In this document: one piece after another, positions 16,487 to 18,360 of the stretch
Layout: each line of letters opens with the position of its first letter
Numbering within the stretch: the stretch's first letter is position 1
Assembly (NCBI GenBank): GCA_046758505.1
Contig: JBHIAH010000052.1
Coordinates: forward strand, 1 to 18,360
Source: Candidatus Methylomirabilales bacterium
Lineage (GTDB): Bacteria > Methylomirabilota > Methylomirabilia > Methylomirabilales > CSP1-5
Reading direction: 5' to 3'
DNA: 18,360 bases
The notes under the pieces: model-generated
What the model was told of the DNA's origin: nothing
Database searches by the model: none
The model's input: the letters and a program-made list of their open reading frames with translations, nothing else
Translations under genes and position numbers: made by a program

Positions 16487-17922
16487 CGAGAATCTTGATC
16501 GTCGATGATGAAGCGGGCATGCGGGAGTTCCTAAGCATCCTCCTGGAACGGGAGGGTTTCCAGGTGGAGTGTGCAGAGGACGGGGAGGAGGCTCTCCAGG
16601 CGGTCCGGAAGGCTCAGTTTGACCTGATCATCTCCGATCTCAGAATGCCGAACCTGGATGGCGTCCGCCTCTTGGAAGGCCTTCAGAAAGTTGAGCCCGA
16701 GATCCCGGTGGTCCTGGTGACGGCCTACGCATCGGCCGAGTCGGCCATCCAGGCCATGAAGCTCGGGGCGTACGACTACCTGACCAAGCCCTTTCGGGTG
16801 GAGGAGATCAAGCAGGTGATCTCCCGGGCCCTGGAGAGCAAGGCGGCTCGCGTGGCGGGAGTCTTTCCTTGGTCGGGGGAGGCCTTCCCCCGACCGGTGG
16901 AGGGGCTCATCGGCCGGAGCCCAAAGATGATCGAGCTCTATAAGCTGATCAGCAAGGTGGCGACGGTTTCCGGGACGGTCTTGGTGACCGGGGAGAGCGG
17001 GACCGGGAAAGAGCTGGTGGCCCGGACCATCCATAAGAATAGCGACCACGCCACCAAGCCGTTCCTGGCCATCAGTTGTGGCGCGATTCCGGAAACGCTG
17101 CTCGAGAGCGAGCTGTTTGGCCACGTGAAGGGCGCCTTTACGGGGGCGGTGGCCGCCAAGGCGGGTCTCTTTGAGGTGGCCAACGGCGGGACCGTCTTCC
17201 TGGATGAGATCGGGGAGACGAGTCCCGCCATTCAGGTGAAGTTGCTCCGGGTCTTGCAAGAGCGTGTGTTTCGGCGGGTGGGCGGGACCGACGATATCGA
17301 GGTCGATGTCCGGGTGATCGCCGCCACGCATCAGGATCTGAAGGACCTGATCCAGAAGGGGCGCTTCCGGGAGGACCTCTATTACCGGCTCAACGTCATT
17401 CCCATTCACCTCCCTTCCCTTCGGGAGCGGCGGGAGGATATTCCCCTCCTCGCCATGAATTTCCTCGCCAAGTATAGCCAGGAGACTAAACGGCCCATCC
17501 GAGGGATCGCCCCCGATGCCATGGAGCTCTTGTTGCGCAACCATTGGCCAGGAAACGTGCGGGAGCTCGAAAATGCCATCGAGCGAGCCGTGGCGCTGGG
17601 GACGGCGGCCGTGTTGACCCCCGAGAGCCTGCCCGAACACATAAAAGCCGAGAGTCCAGAGTCGAGAGACGAGCGACCGGACCCAGGAAACAGGGAAACA
17701 GAGATCCACCCTCGACTCTCCACCCTCGACTCTCCGCTCGATCTGGATGCGGTGGTCTCCCGGGTCGAGCGGGACCTGATCCTGGAGGCGCTCAGGCAGG
17801 CGGGCGGCGTCCAGAAGAAGGCGGCCCAAGTCCTCGGGCTGAGTTTCGAATCGTTCCGGTACCGGATGAAGAAACACGGGATCGACCCGGAGGAGGGGCG
17901 GCGGGCCCCTTCGGAAGGCTGA
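16483..17922 (+). CDS. pilR: Sigma-54-dependent response regulator PilR (receiver, AAA+, Fis HTH)
   Basis: ILIVDDE, SDLRMP, GESGTGKE, ESELFGHVKGAFTGA, FREDLYYRL, WPGNVRELEN, C-terminal HTH. ATGA overlap with pilS. Confidence 0.93.
   Translation: MTRILIVDDEAGMREFLSILLEREGFQVECAEDGEEALQAVRKAQFDLIISDLRMPNLDGVRLLEGLQKVEPEIPVVLVTAYASAESAIQAMKLGAYDYLTKPFRVEEIKQVISRALESKAARVAGVFPWSGEAFPRPVEGLIGRSPKMIELYKLISKVATVSGTVLVTGESGTGKELVARTIHKNSDHATKPFLAISCGAIPETLLESELFGHVKGAFTGAVAAKAGLFEVANGGTVFLDEIGETSPAIQVKLLRVLQERVFRRVGGTDDIEVDVRVIAATHQDLKDLIQKGRFREDLYYRLNVIPIHLPSLRERREDIPLLAMNFLAKYSQETKRPIRGIAPDAMELLLRNHWPGNVRELENAIERAVALGTAAVLTPESLPEHIKAESPESRDERPDPGNRETEIHPRLSTLDSPLDLDAVVSRVERDLILEALRQAGGVQKKAAQVLGLSFESFRYRMKKHGIDPEEGRRAPSEG
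17646..17738. repeat. Inverted heptamer array (AGTCGAG / CTCGACT) in frame inside pilR
   Basis: agccgag agtccag agtcgag agacgag (17646-17673) and atccacc ctcgact ctccacc ctcgact ctccgct (17704-17738). Confidence 0.82.
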
Positions 17923-18020
17923 GGGATGGGGGGTTTTCAACGCCGAGCGGTGAGATCCCCCAATCTGGCCGGGAGATTAAAGGATCCATGGTCGAGTGCG
18001 AAAGCCACTGAATCCTTTCG

Positions 18021-18033
18021 AATCAACTAGTTG
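18021..18033 (+). promoter_or_regulatory. IHF binding site
   Basis: AATCAACTAGTTG exactly matches WATCAANNNNTTR and lies about 30-40 bp upstream of the sigma-54 -24 box. Confidence 0.7.
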
Positions 18034-18061
18034 GATGGATCGTGCCGCAGGGGATCCTCCC

Positions 18062-18077
18062 TGGCACGGGACCTGCA
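18062..18077 (+). promoter_or_regulatory. Sigma-54 (-24/-12) promoter of pilA
   Basis: TGGCAC-GGGAC-CTGCA: GG (18063-64), N10, GC (18075-76); downstream of the enhancer-binding protein gene pilR. Confidence 0.85.
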
Positions 18078-18128
18078 AGGGGTATGTGGGCAGAAAGAGA
18101 AACCATCAACCTAGCAAGGAGGGAAAGC

Positions 18129-18360
18129 ATGTTGAGTCGGTACTTTAAACGGGACGAGAAGGGCTTCACCCTGATCGAGCTCCTGATCGTCGTCGCCATC
18201 ATCGGGATCCTGGCCGCCATCGCCATTCCCAACCTGATCACCGCCCAGCGGCGGGCGCGTTACTCCCGGGCGGCGGGGGACACGAAGGAGATCATCACCC
18301 AGGCCATGGTCCTGACGAGTGATAACAACGCGGTCGCGATTGGTGCGGCGCCGGCTTTGG
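18129..18360 (+). CDS. pilA: Type IVa major pilin, 3'-truncated by window
   Basis: MLSRYFKRDEKG|FTLIELLIVVAIIGILAAIAIPNL: class III signal peptide with G|F cleavage site, E5 and P22. RBS AAGGAGG at 18116-18122. Not listed in the ORF track. Confidence 0.93.
   Translation, partial: MLSRYFKRDEKGFTLIELLIVVAIIGILAAIAIPNLITAQRRARYSRAAGDTKEIITQAMVLTSDNNAVAIGAAPAL

Noticed and set aside
16531..17940. Long antisense ORFs (469 aa here; also 1859-3001 and 8574-9755)
   Set aside because: Shadow frames of well-supported genes, expected in high-GC DNA; no recognisable domains.
18165..18360. Electrically conductive (Geobacter-type) e-pilin
   Set aside because: The first 22 mature residues match Geobacter PilA as I recall it, but positions 24 and 27 are L and A, only F1 and Y33 are aromatic in 65 visible residues, and the frame runs past the length of short e-pilins.

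Overview
GC-rich bacterial chromosomal window that is mostly housekeeping. It holds the 3' end of a complex I operon (nuoL partial, nuoM, nuoN) followed directly by rex, then a convergent UbiD-family decarboxylase preceded by an internally deleted ubiD relic. After a divergent promoter region come glnD, aroE and a type IVa pilus cluster pilB-pilT-pilC-pilS-pilR-pilA (pilA partial and missing from the ORF track), with an IHF site and a sigma-54 promoter before pilA. The gene order resembles Geobacter; an NC10/Methylomirabilota- or deltaproteobacteria-like host is only an inference. The most unusual signal is a set of 7-bp-periodic, inverted (hairpin-forming) repeat arrays at four loci, built from several different heptamer families. 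Two are read in frame inside proteins (NuoM C-terminus, PilR linker), one lies between pilC and pilS, and the rex-ubiD gap holds nested arrays plus a REP-like hairpin-in-hairpin. No mobilising enzyme is encoded in the window.
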